A DNA stretch of 64,000 nt from Schmidtea polychroa (Eukaryota), in assembly GCA_044892525.1 (NCBI GenBank), contig CM097886.1, positions 120,032,001 to 120,096,000 of the forward strand. The letters are read 5' to 3'. The position numbers and the translations under genes were made by a program. The notes beneath the pieces were generated by a model, which was not told where the DNA came from, did no database searches, and saw only the letters and a list, made by a program, of their open reading frames with translations. Position 1 is the stretch's first letter; each line of letters opens with the position of its first letter. Of the stretch, positions 46,235 to 60,052 are shown piece by piece.

Positions 46235-47394
46235 GCATTTTTATCCTGCCAGTACCGAACCGTAAAGCCGAAACCATTGCGGCCATATTTATTGGAAATA
46301 TACACCCTGGATCAATTGTCATTACAGATCAGTGGCATTCTTATGGAAGAGTATGTCGAGAATTAAATGTATTCATGCACCAAACCGTTAACCATTCTGT
46401 CAACTTCGTTGATCCATGCGACCCAACAATCCATACTCAAAACATTGAGGGACTATGGTCACGTTCAAAATACTTTATTCGAAAAAAAGAGGCGTTTCAA
46501 GTGAGATTCAATCGGAATATTTAGTACAATTTATTTGGGAATACAACATTGCAAAAAATAAGAGATTTAATGATTTGTTGATCTTATTAAACCATTCTTG
46601 ATTCACGGATAAAAAATTATGGATTTTATTTAATTTTTGTATAAGCAAATATTTTTTTAATTGCAGTGTTTTTAATTTTATAATTAAGTTATATTGATTT
46701 ATTAATTTAATTTATTACTTTATTTTTTAACATAGTAAATTACCATTAACATAGTGAAACTACCATCTACCATATTTTCTTATCAATTCCTTAAATCCTT
46801 TACTGTAAACTCCCCATAAACACTAAATTCCTGTATTGTTGTGCAAATCCATTAAGAAATTAATTCGAATCTGAAATATAAACTCCAAATCTTTTAAACC
46901 AATTTATTAGCATAAAATATTTTCCTGAAAACCCATTAATAAAACAAAGATTCACAAAATTTCAAAAGAAAATCAATTGAAGGCAAAACATATAATACCC
47001 TTCAACACAGAAGTAAAAAAATTATTTAGGCACATAATGAAAGTGTTAGGTTTGCAAGTTGGTTAGAGTACTAACACACTCACTCGATCTGACTCCAAGG
47101 ATATATGTAAGATAAATCAGAACAACAACTCGACTTTTATATAAAACTATTTATTGATATGAAAGATAAATACAAAATATGGATTTAATTAGAAAGTTTA
47201 AAATAACAATAAAACGTGTTGCCCAAAAAAGTTGTTGCAAATAAGCAGAAAATAGATTTAGGTTAAACAAACCTTCCTAAGATATTTCTAAGGCGACGAA
47301 TACAGGATTCTAATTAATAGACAACACCGCTCAACAATATAAGAGGGTTGCCCGAAATTTACTGCGATCGATTAGTAATCAGAAATTGGTAGTA
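46235..47394 (+). repeat. Third, partial copy of 30637-31796 (Merlin 3' half ending at 46771, flank, LTR fragment)
   Basis: Near-identical at offset 15598, with a few private substitutions (e.g. TGGCATTC vs TGGCGTTC). Confidence 0.95.
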
Positions 47395-48369
47395 GTATTT
47401 AAAACAAGAATTCATCCGAAAACTAAAACTGCTTCATATTAAAAGTCCCAAAAATAAGTGAAACTGACATTTCAAATCATATGTAGGGAAAACTTTTTTT
47501 TTGTTACTTGTTTAAATATTTGGTAAAAATTTCATTAAAAAATCTGTTCATTTTCTGTACTGATTTTCAAAGCAAACTAATTGATGTGGAATAATTCAAT
47601 ATGAGAAGAAATCATTGAAGTGAAAAAGATTTTAAGAAAATTTCAGTATCAGTAATTAATTAGGAAAATTTTTACACTTTGAATTTGTAATGGGATAAAT
47701 CTTTTGTATTCCTTTGAACATCCTTGATTTTCAAATTCTTGAATAAGTATGATGGAACTTTGATAATTTACCCTTTTGAGCCGCATATCTTTATTGTCAT
47801 TTACCCCCCAACATCTCTTGTTGCAAAGGGAGCTTTTAGTATCAGAATAATTTAATTTGATATAGATTAAGCGCTAAACATAAATTAAAATCATAAAATT
47901 TTACCTATAAAATTTGATTCTGAAACACGAGGTACAAAAATTCATGGTAAAAAATTGTAAATGATTTGAGAGGGAAGACTCCATTGAAGAACCCCTCCCC
48001 GTGTCGTTAAATGTCTAGTTGGAGTTATTATTTTCAAATTGACGCATATTAATGAAAAATACTTGATTAAGAAAATAACAGCAAAAGTTTTACTTGAAAA
48101 TTAGGACAAAATTTTGACTTTCAAAAAGATTTTACCCTTCAAATTTGCATTATTAGACAATAGAAATCCCTATTTAAACAAAAACCATTTTGAAAATAAA
48201 GGGTAAGTAATTTAAAAAAAGTGTTGGATGATCTGATCTAAAATTATTACATCTTTTTCATAATTATTCATTTTTATTTCTGATCAATTGATAATTTGTA
48301 CAATTAATTTATTAATATAAATATACAACTCTTTAAATACATATGCCAATAGGAATCATTAATATTTTC

Positions 48370-49607
48370 GGTAAATAGTAGATTTACTATGTTAATGGTA
48401 ATTTACTATGTTAAAAAATAAAGTAATAAATTAAATTAATAAATCAATATAAATTAATTATAAATTTACAAAAATTAGCACATCCATGCCAAAACAAACA
48501 CAATTCTTTATAATTCCGAAGCAGTCAATTCTTTCAGACGACGAAGTACGTGCCATAAATATTAACGAAAACTATCTCGACAATGTGTTTCTTGATCATA
48601 CCAATACAAATGAATTTTTAGCCTGCTTTGGTCTGATACAGAATTTTAAACTGTGTAAACGATGCGAAAACCGGCATTTACGGTATGTTAAAAATATGAA
48701 TTATGTGGATGGTTATCACTGGTTATCAGACATGTCGATATCAGGAATCTATTCGTGCAAACTCTTTCATTGTGAAAAGTAAGATGAACACAAAAAACTT
48801 TTTATCGTTATATGAAAGGGGAAGAATTACAAGACATTAGTTATGAATTGAATATTGAAAGACATACCGTTTCGAGTTAGGTTTCGTTGCTTCGTGAGGC
48901 AATGATATATTATTTATCAGCAAATTTTAGTATTCTGGGCGGAGTTGGTAATAATGGACAATCAAAAATTGTTGAGGTTGACGAGACTTTATTCTTCCGG
49001 TGAAAATATAATCGAGGACAGATGTTGAATCAGCGATGGTATATCGGGGGTATTGAACGTGGGACAAGAAGCATTTTTATCCTGCCAGTACCGAACCGTA
49101 AAGCCGAAACCATTGCGGCCATATTTATTGGAAATATACACCCTGGATCAATTGTCATTACAGATCAGTGGCGTTCTTATGGAAGAGTATGTCGAGAATT
49201 AAATGTATTCATGCACCAAACCGTTAACCATTCTGTCAACTTCGTTGATCCATGCGACCCAACAATCCATACTCAAAACATTGAGGGACTATGGTCACGT
49301 TCAAAATACTTTATTCGAAAAAAAGAGGCGTTTCAAGTGAGATTCAATCGGAATATTTAGTACAATTTATTTGGGAATACAACATTGCAAAAAATAAGAG
49401 ATTTAATGATTTGTTGATCTTATTAAACCATTCTTGATTCACGGATAAAAAATTATGGATTTTATTTAATTTTTGTATAAGCAAATATTTTTTTAATTGC
49501 AGTGTTTTTAATTTTATAATTAAGTTATATTGATTTATTAATTTAATTTATTACTTTATTTTTTAACATAGTAAATTACCATTAACATAGTGAAACTACC
49601 ATCTACC
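48370..49607 (+). mobile_element. Merlin transposon, duplicate copy
   Basis: Same TIRs, ATATTTTC TSD and broken transposase as 29936-31173. Confidence 0.92.
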
Positions 49608-50259
49608 ATATTTTCTTATCAATTCCTTAAATCCTTTACTGTAAACTCCCCATAAACACTAAATTCCTGTATTGTTGTGCAAATCCATTAAGAAATTAAT
49701 TCGAATCTGAAATATAAACTCCAAATCTTTTAAACCAATTTATTAGCATAAAATATTTTCCTGAAAACCCATTAATAAAACAAAGATTCACAAAATTTCA
49801 AAAGAAAATCAATTGAAGGCAAAACATATAATACCCTGCAACACAGAAGTAAAAAAATTATTTAGGCACATAATGAAAGTGTTAGGTTTGCAAGTTGGTT
49901 AGAGTACTAACACACTCACTCGATCTGACTCCAAGGATATATGTAAGATAAATCAGAACAACAACTCGACTTTTATATAAAACTATTTATTGATATGAAA
50001 GATAAATACAAAATATGGATTTGATTAGAAAGTTTAAAATAACAATAAAACGTGTTGCCCAAAAAAGTTGTTGCAAATAAGCAGAAAATAGATTTAGGTT
50101 AAACAAACCTTCCTAAGATATTTCTAAGGCGACGAATACAGGATTCTAATTAATAGACAACACCGCTCAACAATATAAGAGGGTTGCCCGAAATTTACTG
50201 CGATCGATTAGTAATCAGAAATTGGTAGTAAAGTTATCCTAGATTCCTTACCCTATTCC

Positions 50260-50871
50260 CTACATCAGATCAGAACCATGATTAAATTTAATAAAGATCA
50301 CAACAAAGATCACAACAAGATCACAATCAGTTTTGAATAATAACGGTTTGTCCATTTCAACATCATACGATAATGCTATCATTGAACAACCTAATGGTCG
50401 CATCTCAGCCGATTGGGTATAGAGCTGATTAATATCCGCAATACAACGACATATTATATCACAAGGCATTTCATATCCAATTTTAGATTTAAATCGAGCT
50501 GCTTCCACTTGTGCACGACATACTTGAGATCGACAATCAGGGATCATAGCAGTCATAACACCTCCAGTACTTTCAGTAATATTAAACGAGTCTTGATCGG
50601 TAACATCATACACAACAATAATTCCATGAGCTCCTCTGTAATAAGACGAGGTTATAGTTCTAAATCTTTCTTGACCTGCTGTATCCCATATTTGCAATTT
50701 TATAGTTTTACCATCTAATTCAATAGTTCTGATTTTAAAGTCAACCCAATTGTGCTTATATGAGTGTTCAGTATGAGTATCATCTGCAAATCTGAGTAAT
50801 AAACAAGATTTTCCAACACCAGAATCTCCAATTAATAGAAACTTGAATAAATAGTCATACTCTATATCCAT
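50260..50871 (-). CDS. RAB1/PSMA6: Second copy of the Rab1::PSMA6 chimeric ORF
   Basis: Translation identical to 31826-32437. Confidence 0.9.
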   Translation of the reverse strand: MDIEYDYLFKFLLIGDSGVGKSCLLLRFADDTHTEHSYKHNWVDFKIRTIELDGKTIKLQIWDTAGQERFRTITSSYYRGAHGIIVVYDVTDQDSFNITESTGGVMTAMIPDCRSQVCRAQVEAARFKSKIGYEMPCDIICRCIADINQLYTQSAEMRPLGCSMIALSYDVEMDKPLLFKTDCDLVVIFVVIFIKFNHGSDLM

Positions 50872-51610
50872 TTAATTATTGTCAACGTTCCGGTTTCGAT
50901 AAACAGATAAACAATTATAATCGTACAAAAAATAACAAATCGCAAATTCCAAACTTCAAAATTTCACAATTCCAGAACAAAATTCCAATTTCTTGCCTCA
51001 GACAAACAACTCTAAATTTCCACAAAATTAATATAATAATCACAATTTAAAAATAAAAACCTACTTCTTGCGTCTGTGTGCGCACACCAACAATATTCGA
51101 TCAAATCATACCGCGCACACAGACGCGAAACAAAAGGAAACGTCAAACAAACTGCCAGTCAGAGGTGAGTGACATTCCCCCTCTGACTGGTCGAAACAGA
51201 TGCTTTTCAAGGTATTAATATGAGTCTTACTAGAACTGTCACAACTGGAGTATCAAAATTATATGATGACCAGTTTCTATTTTTCGCACATGGCTGTTGT
51301 AGGGTACTTGCATTTACATAGGCAAAGTAACGATCAAAACGCTAATTACCTTTACTACAACTTTATTATCGTTCATCCTCAAATTTATAAATAACTATTC
51401 ACTTAACTACTATCAAATTTGTTTGATGTATTATAACTATAACTATTATAACTATATAGGCAATAGCTTCCTGTTTGTAATCAGCACAATAAATAATTAT
51501 TTTTACGTTTGACTAGTTTTCGTTTAATTTTTGTTCTATTTCGTTTCCAATAATATTAATGTAAATTATCGTCCTACTACTGTTTGAAATATGAATTTTT
51601 ATACTAAATG

Positions 51611-52703
51611 TGTTAGGTTCGATGGGTAGGTAGTCGAACTAACACAAAAAATGTTCTATCTGACTCCAATAAATAATTTAGGCGTATAGGTAATAAATAA
51701 GAAATATGATTTACAATATTTATTAATGATAAAAATTACACGATTGTTTATTTGTACAAATTATTCACGCTGCTCTCTGAAGAAAAGAAAACGGTTATTC
51801 AAACCGCCCTGAAGAATATTTCTACGAATCAAGGCTGGCCCTAAATGCGCCAACAGCCCGATATAAGTGAAAGGAAAAAGATAGGGAAACTCACCAAATT
51901 TTACGCGATAGAGTCAACCCAGAAATTGGTTAACTCTTTAAATTATATTTGACACGAAACAGCTACAAAAAATATGTGCTGACGTTGCAATCCCCTTTTA
52001 TATTAATTTAAATAAATGAAAATATTTATATGTATATATATTTCAAATCAAAAATACTAACTAATTGATTATTCCAACAAGGGCAAGATAAACCACAGAT
52101 TGGTTGTCGAACTGGCTACTAATATTTCTTCCTTTTACTTTAATTAATACTCCAATAGGTATTGGAGTTACGATATTATATAGATGATGCGAAAAATCCT
52201 GATAAAACTATCCTTTGGTTCCGAAGAATTTCGTGATAAATATAATTCCAGTAATTAATTTCTTGATCGATATTCCTATGGAAATTTCTTGATCCAATAG
52301 ACAAAATGAAATTTCCCAAAATTTTAGGTTAAATTCTAAATGTCAAGAATGCCGAATTAAAATGATCTGATCGTATCTATTTATAACTATGGGGATTCTC
52401 TTCTGATTTTTCTTGTCTCTAATTTCTTATCCTCCTGTAATCTAATTTTTAACTAGTATTTATATAAATTTTATTTCCATAATTCTATTAATAGTAATTG
52501 TTTAATTACTATTTTTATTATATTTTTTAAATAATTTCTATAGTTCTATTTTTAATAATTATTTATTACTAATTATATTTTAGTTTTAATTTTAGTATTT
52601 AATTTCTATTTTCGGTAATTTTTTATTACTATTTTTGTTATACTTCTAATTAATTATTATTTAATTTCGAACCTTCAATTCCGGTTCCTACTGAACCCCA
52701 ACA
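51611..52703 (-). mobile_element. Solo LTR with 4-bp TSD
   Basis: AATG|TGTT...AACA|AATG, with neither a PPT nor a PBS adjacent. Confidence 0.88.
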
Positions 52704-55626
52704 AATGTATAAATTGAAATTTAGTATTTTTAATAATTATTATTTATTAATTACTATTTATAATTATTGCTTATTTTCAGCAATATTTAATTGCTAAATA
52801 TGGGTTCATTTATTTCTTTTTCTATATAAAGTAATTGTTATAATATACATTTTATCTATAGTATTTTTTATAATATGTACACCTAGTCAAGCATCCAGCG
52901 AGCCCAGACTCAACCCTAACAAAAGGATCATAAAAGCGAACACAACACATAATTATAATGTTGGACAAAACCACATAAAGGTGATAAAATATTAGCAGAC
53001 CTCTTAAATGAGATCAAAATAAAATTTCAAGGCTAGTATTGAAAGATTTTTTACCATTTACCAGATTCTTTACAGATATTGAGTCAACGAAATTAATTTC
53101 GTTGAAATTGAAGTTTGAAAGATTGTTAAATATTGGCTGGAACATTTGCTTTTCATTAGGATCACATATGATACGGTTACTATTTCCAGGACGGGTTATT
53201 TTGAATATATCTTTGCTTCAGGAGTTTGAAACATCAAGATATTCAATTATATGTGTTTTATCGATATTTTCGTAAACACATAAGCTTTGAAATATTTCTA
53301 AATCCTCTTTACAATTAGAATAATTAGTTCTTTTAATTATTAATTTATCGAAATGTTGTGTTATAAATTCCAAGGTTAGCTGTTTCTTTGTGGCGGTATT
53401 AATGTTAATCATTTTTTCAAACGTTTTTGGTAAAACTGTCAAGCGGCTCGTTACAATTACAATATCCATTATCCAGATAAATCAATTTAGCAATTTCACC
53501 CTGCTGATTCTACATGCATGTGATTATTTTAAAATTTATTAATTAAAAATATAAATTTTGCTTTTTAATTATTCTAATTAATTTATTTTAATAATATAAG
53601 ATATATAAAATTGTTTTAATAAATATTTAAAAATGTTTATTTAAAAGATTTATTCACAAATTATGTATTTATATTTAATTGAATGATTTGCTTGTCCAAT
53701 TCATGAACTTCTAGAAAGATATATGGTATTCAACATTGCTACATGTGTTCATTCTTATTTTTTTATATTAAGATTTATATAGTAATTAGGTTGTTTGTCA
53801 TTGCCAGTCGACATATTGGTAAATGTCTTAAATTGGATCAAACAATCTTGGAAATATTGTTAAGTTTTCAATATAATTGCAATAATTTTAACCAATTTAA
53901 ATTAATTGTGTTAATTTCAAAAAAGCCTACTTTAAATGGCTGATGTTAACATTCATACCTGACATTTGTTGCCAATATGATTTCAAATTATGAAGATATA
54001 AAAGTAAGTTTTCCAAATTATTTGATTAATTCGTTCAATAATAATTTAAAATATGTTATTAGAAATTTAAGTTATTTCTTATTGTTAATATTTACAAACT
54101 GGTTTAATTTTAAATCGATTGTTCAGGCTGGGAAGTTATTTAGCAATTTGATAATATTCATATCATGTTATAAATAAGAGATTTAATTAATACTTTTACT
54201 TGCCATACCTCAAACAACTAGGGTAACAAATTACTGCTACTGGGAATATCTAACTGGCTCCAAGGAATTTGCCCTATTAACTTATTTCGAAAGATTCAAT
54301 AACTTGCTATAGCAAGAAGACTCTATGACTAACTTTTTATGCAGTAAATTGTATTTCATTTTTTTACTATACCTTAACTGCAATCGGTAATACTTTTCCA
54401 TTTCTGTAATCAACCTTTACAATAAAATCTAGTGAACTAGTCAAAGTTGGGAATTCCGCGCATTTTTATATTGGTCAAACACATATGCTCTTCGCCACAT
54501 CGATTTTATGGTAAGTTATTACTTTTAGAGGGTGACGGTATTAATTTGTCGATGGCATCATTAAAACATACTATGTCTCGTGTTTTACGCGTCGATCCTA
54601 TAATTTCCATTGTTGGGTATTGTTATGAAGTTCCTAGTTTCGGTTATGTGACATTGTGGTTACGATCGCGAGATTATGATGTGTGGATAAGATTGTAGAT
54701 TCCAACAGAGTCTCGACAAAAGGATTGTTCGGGACAGTTGGAATGTGTGTGTGCTTTAAAGGTTGTGTGTATACCAATAATATTAAGTACAAAATAATAA
54801 AATGTAAAATCAAACAACCTCAATAACTATAACTTTATTAAAGATAAAAAATTTTAAGACCTGATTCAATTTCAAATAGTCCCTCGTAAGTTACTCTGAT
54901 TCTTAATATCGAATTATTCTTTTCTAATATCTGTTATACTGTTTTCGATCGTATAAACTATATTCAACGTTGGTTGTTCAATTACTGCAGGAATTGGTGC
55001 CGAATATTTAGTTCTAATTGATGTTATCAATGAGTATTTAATTCTGTCTGATATTATCACTGAATATTTGATCCTGATAGACGCTATCGGGAAATGTTAG
55101 TTGAAAGTTTAATCCTTGTGAAAGTTTGTGTGGAATATTTGATATTCTTAGATATTTGATTTAGTATTCCTATACCCTTTATTTATAATTCCCAATTTTT
55201 ACGAGTGTTTTTTCTTGTTTTATTCTTGTAATTACCTTTATTTCTAATTATTAAATTTATCGGCTTTTGAATATCTCCTTTGGTTTTTCTTTTGATTCTT
55301 TGTATTGTTTTTAATGATTTATTTTTCATTTAATTTCAATTTTTATTATTTAACTTATCATTTAAAAATCTAAATTGTAAAATTTTTTATATTGGACCCC
55401 CTCAAATCCAATAGCCATTAATCATTATCTAAATGTACTAAATTAGATGATCTTAATATATGCTTAACTTAGATTATGTTTAAAAACATAAAGTGAAAAA
55501 TTTTTTTTGACCCCCTCGAACAGCCATTAAACCAAATCCCCTAAACGAAAAATTTAAGTAGGATCTTTTTGTCGCCCTAGAATTATAAAGGATATTATTA
55601 TTCATAATATTTATTATTTTAATTGC

Positions 55627-55667
<41 letters not shown>

Positions 55668-57199
55668 GCATTATTAGCCCTCTTATTATGATTTTATTGA
55701 TATTGAATTTTATTTTACAAACCCTATGTCTATTAATTTGTCATATTCAGTACCGAATTTTTTTTTCAATGTGTTCCTAATCCTATAATTGTAATTTTGT
55801 TAATTTGATTATATTCTATTTTCCATTGAAATTTTTTAAACAAATTTATTTGATTTGAGAATCCACCTTAGTTCTACCAATAACATTATCGTAGATAACG
55901 GAAATCTATTTTTAGTAACATCTCCCTCTGTTTTTTCTCTTCTTTAACCACCCACCATTAAAAAAGTAAACTGCCAAGTCCCTTACACACCTATCACAGT
56001 AGCTTTATCAATAACTATACGAGAGCCCTTATTTAGAAAGAAAAAATTATCACCAGGATAACTCATTCACGTTCCAACTAAAGTAGATAAAGCCCTCAAC
56101 CCTAGAGTCTACTTACCTTTGGGTGCGCTAAAATGTTACAACCATGACTGGTGGAACAACCCAACCAATTGTGATACTCAATGATGTTGAAACGAGTATA
56201 CGGATAAAATAAAACTTCTGATAACAAGACAAAATGAAATCGAAAATACAAAATTTTATTAGCAACCCATAAAGATAGCTCTTAAAAGTAAATCATCGAC
56301 GATCATAAATCACCCTTCACCCCGAGAGCTTGGATTCATAACATGTAAATTCGCCTCATCAACGAGCTCGATTTCCTAGTGCTATATCCAATCCAATAAC
56401 GATCTAATAACAGTGTTTGTCGGCTGAAAATGGATACATAAAAATAAAGTTAAAATTTCATATCTTCTGGGGTCACAGTTGAGTACACCACCTACTACAT
56501 AAGTAGGTAGAAGAAGGTAAGAGGTTCGGGCGGAGCTCCAAACGTTACGCTTCAACCCCGTACGATTGATTTCGGTGGTAAAATAAATATGTCGAATAAA
56601 TAAAATAGATATTAAAGGATAAAATTTAAATATGCCGGGTTGTTAAAGTGTCATTAAATGTAATAGGCAATTAAAATAATGGAACAGATTAGCAAATTTA
56701 ATTTTTTGTAATTTTTAATCAATAATGGTTGAGATAGTATTATAATTTAACTAAATTAAATGAATTATTCTTCATCATTTACTACTCTAAATAATTCAAA
56801 GATCTCTGTAATTTTCTTAAAAGTTTTGTTATATATTTAGTTGTAGTTATGGTTTAAATATTAATCAATAAAAATATAATTCTTTTAATTTTAAAAATCG
56901 GGTGACCTATACTAGAGCATCGTCGATTTGATTTACATTTGATTCATCTACTTTAAAATTCCAAAATAAATTCGAGAATCACAAAATTATATTCCAAAAT
57001 TTATATTACAATTTGAGTTACAAAATTTGAATGAATCACAAATACAAAGTTCGATTCCAATGAACTATTGAAATTCGATTATTTAAGATCAATTGAAAAA
57101 ACAGGCCTAAATTCTGTATTTAAAAATATCTAACTTCCTCAAAAGCTCATTTTAAACAAAATCTCAATTGAACAAATTTAGTTAAAAAAACCAATTCCA

Positions 57200-58150
57200 A
57201 AACAATTAGACACTAACCAATCAAATTCAATCATTTCAATAGTTCGACGAACAGCAAACACACTCCAAACTCTAAAATAAAATGTAAAATGCACACCAAT
57301 CAGGAAACACAAAAAATTCGATAACAATGGATCGCCCGAAACATGTCCCCTTTTTTGATCCCTTCTAATCAATCAAATACATTGTTTAACTCCGGTAGAT
57401 AAACTCTGGTTATTGGCCTTAACAATTCTCTCACCTTGCACAAAAAATCACCCTCACGTCCATACCTTCCAATATTCTACCAAGTTTCGACCGTTTCCTT
57501 CCAAATTCGTCTTGATATAACCATACCAGATTTCCTGCTTTCACATCTTTTCACTCTTAAAACAACTTTTTCCTTTTTCTCCAAACGAAAACAATTTATT
57601 TTCTCCATCGCTGCCAAGCTCGTATCTTTAATTCTTTGTCATTAACACTCTTATGCCTGGTCTCAATAAAGTGATTTAGCGTCAAGATTTCTTCCTGCTC
57701 CGGATCATTGCCAATCATATTAAACGGCCTTATTTTTAAAATATTCTCTGCTTCCACTATTACAGTTTGCAGTTTTTCATCTGTTAACTCTGCATTTCCT
57801 GTAGTAGCCAATAACGCATTTTTTTGCTTCTTTTAGCATTACCTTATAAACCACTCTAAAATTTTACATTCACTCGACATCAAATATTCAACTTCTCTAA
57901 AGTTTCTATGATTTTTTATTGCCACCACTATCAATCTCGTAACCCAACTACATCCAGATAAGATTATTGGAAATTTCGTCATTGGTGAGGCCATTCCGCA
58001 TTCACTAAGCGACTTTCGCTTCGCAGTATTCTATCATCGAAAAACATTTGGATTTAGATGCTTCAGTAAGCTCCTGGTTGAATTGTTTCAATCGATTGTT
58101 ATATTTTGGTTCAATTTTCGTTAAATTGTTTTGGAGCATGATTATGCTCG
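57200..58150 (-). pseudogene. BEL/Pao retrotransposon integrase and C-terminal relic
   Basis: LTDEKLQTVIVEAENILKIRPF...ILTLNHFI matches the BEL IN C-terminus (L.T.L.E.E.ILNSRPL...LTP.HFL). AGNLVWLYQD...KLGRI matches the BEL post-IN WPLGRI domain. Many stops. Confidence 0.75.
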
Positions 58151-59119
58151 CTCCTCTTTCTTAGGGTATGTTGACCATTGTGTATACAGTTTGTTAAAGA
58201 TGTTATAATGTTAACTTCCTATACTTTTATATTACTATAGTGTAATGTAGTTTATATATACGGGTAATAAGAAATAATGCTAGAACCCAGCGAAGTCTCT
58301 TGTAAAAATACTGTCTCGGGACAGCTGGGTTGAATGTATGTTATTTAAAAAATATTTTTATGTGTTTAAAAATATCCAATAAAAAACACTAATAATAAAT
58401 AACGGTAATTAACGATAACTTTTATTAACTAGAAAAGGAAAAATACTTTATAACACTATCTTCTTTTCAAATATTTAGATTCGAACCAATGTTTGGGATG
58501 TAGATTTCTTTGAATACTTTAACTTCCCTTACGAACGATTTTTAATAATGTTCGACTTCCTTCTAGTAATTCTTTAAAATTGTTTATTTTTCTGCGGATA
58601 ATTATTCAGTTAGTTTTTCAAAGTTGTAAAATTCATTCCATATAGTTTTTATGTTGTAATCTTATTTTAAATTCTATTTCATTTTTTTAATTCTTCAATC
58701 GATCTTTTTGTTGATTCCTCTATTTTCGTAATTTCTCTATAGTAAATTATTACTATAGAGAACTACTATATATATTCTTTTTTTGTTGGTTTACAGGGGA
58801 TATTGCGCAAATCAACATTATGTAACAATTACTAATATAATCCGCAAAGTTTAAATATTTATTTTTACAAAAATTCATTGTATTATGTCCATATTGGTTA
58901 GTAGCTACCCTAGTATGAGAAATGTTTTCTACATTAATATCAAAATAATTATTAGTTTTATATTACTTACCAGTTAAAAAATAACTGCAACACTGTAACT
59001 AAAGACATAAAAAATGCAAAAAAAATATACATTTTCATTTTAAACATCAAATGGTCAACCAATAATGACAATATATAAGTATTAATTTAATAAGTATTAT
59101 TATGTACAAACAAATAACG

Positions 59120-59652
59120 TTACATTACACAGTTGATGCCCGTGCTTTTCAAAACATGTTTTCCTCCTGCTGAATGGTTTCGGTGTTTACACTTCCAATA
59201 AAATAAATCATCTCTGCATTTATTTTTGACCATTAAGTAATCATTAATAAAAATCATATTCTTTCTTTTTTGCGATTCAATGATTTTGCATACTTCACCT
59301 TCCATTTCACCTATAATAAAATAATTTATAATTATAAACTTATATAACATAAGTATAATTTGTATAATAATAGTATAAGTATAATAATAATATTAAGTGT
59401 AATAATAGTCCAAAATATATATTCCAATAAATAAGTATTATTGAAGCAATTTAAAATTATATTAATTTAAAATTCTTTACAATAAAAACTTTTAAATTAT
59501 AATATATGAATTAAATATTAAATATTAAATTAAGAATTAAATTAAATATTCATATAACAATTTATTTTATAGTTATTAAAATAAAACAAGTTCTTTTTGT
59601 ATGCTTTTGTTCATGTCGGCTTTTTGTCTCTGTCGGCCTTTGTCCGTATCCC
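59120..59652 (-). mobile_element. MULE-like element end with FLYWCH zinc-finger fragment
   Basis: IFINDYLMVKNKCRDDLFYWKCKH is FLYWCH-type. A minus-strand terminus GGGGATACGGACAAAGGCCGACAGAGACAAAAAGCCGAC with internal repeats lies at ~59596-59652. Confidence 0.6.
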
Positions 59653-59986
59653 CAATAAATTACAACAAAATTGTGAAATCGTTCATTATTTCAGAACAAT
59701 GTTTTTCATTAGTTGTAATAAATTAATATATTATTACAGTGAATTGCAACAAATCACAAAATATTTCAGTAAATTTCAACGAAGTTATGAATTATTTATC
59801 AAATTGTAATAAAATAATAAAAATATTGCAACAAAGTAATAAAATTTTTAAGCAAATTACATCAAAATAATGAATGATTTCACCAAAGTTATAAAATAAT
59901 GCAGTGAATTGCATCAAATTAATACATTTTTTATCAAACTGCAACAAATTAATAAATTATTAAAACCATTTTCAATTGCCGATAAA

Positions 59987-60052
59987 ATCAATTTATAGAG
60001 AATTAAATTATATATATATATATATATATAATTTAATTCTCTATAAATTGAT
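59987..60052. repeat. Perfect 66-bp palindrome with (TA)n core
   Basis: ATCAATTTATAGAGAATTAAAT-(TA)11-ATTTAATTCTCTATAAATTGAT. Confidence 0.9.

Larger units (their letters stand above)
47396..52703. repeat. Segmental duplication, copy 2
   Basis: Copy of 28962-34269. Confidence 0.95.

Noticed and set aside
45918-46524. ORFs 45918-46322 (-) and 46129-46524 (+) as genuine fusion genes
   Set aside because: Both cross the rearrangement junction at 46234/46235 and merely join gag sequence to the antisense or sense Merlin fragment.
33177-52703. Reading 51611-52703 as the 5' LTR of one 19.5-kb element
   Set aside because: That LTR has AATG on both sides, no PBS, and its inner flank is a copy of the 3' LTR's outer flank. 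It behaves as a solo LTR within a duplication.
52900-55250. Fragmentary minus-strand coding-like sequence after the solo LTR
   Set aside because: Many stops and no diagnostic motif; cannot be assigned.
55950-56420. Possible exon-intron pattern (GTAAGT...TTTAG, 39 nt) on the minus strand
   Set aside because: The intron is very short and the downstream frame closes at once; no homology recognised.
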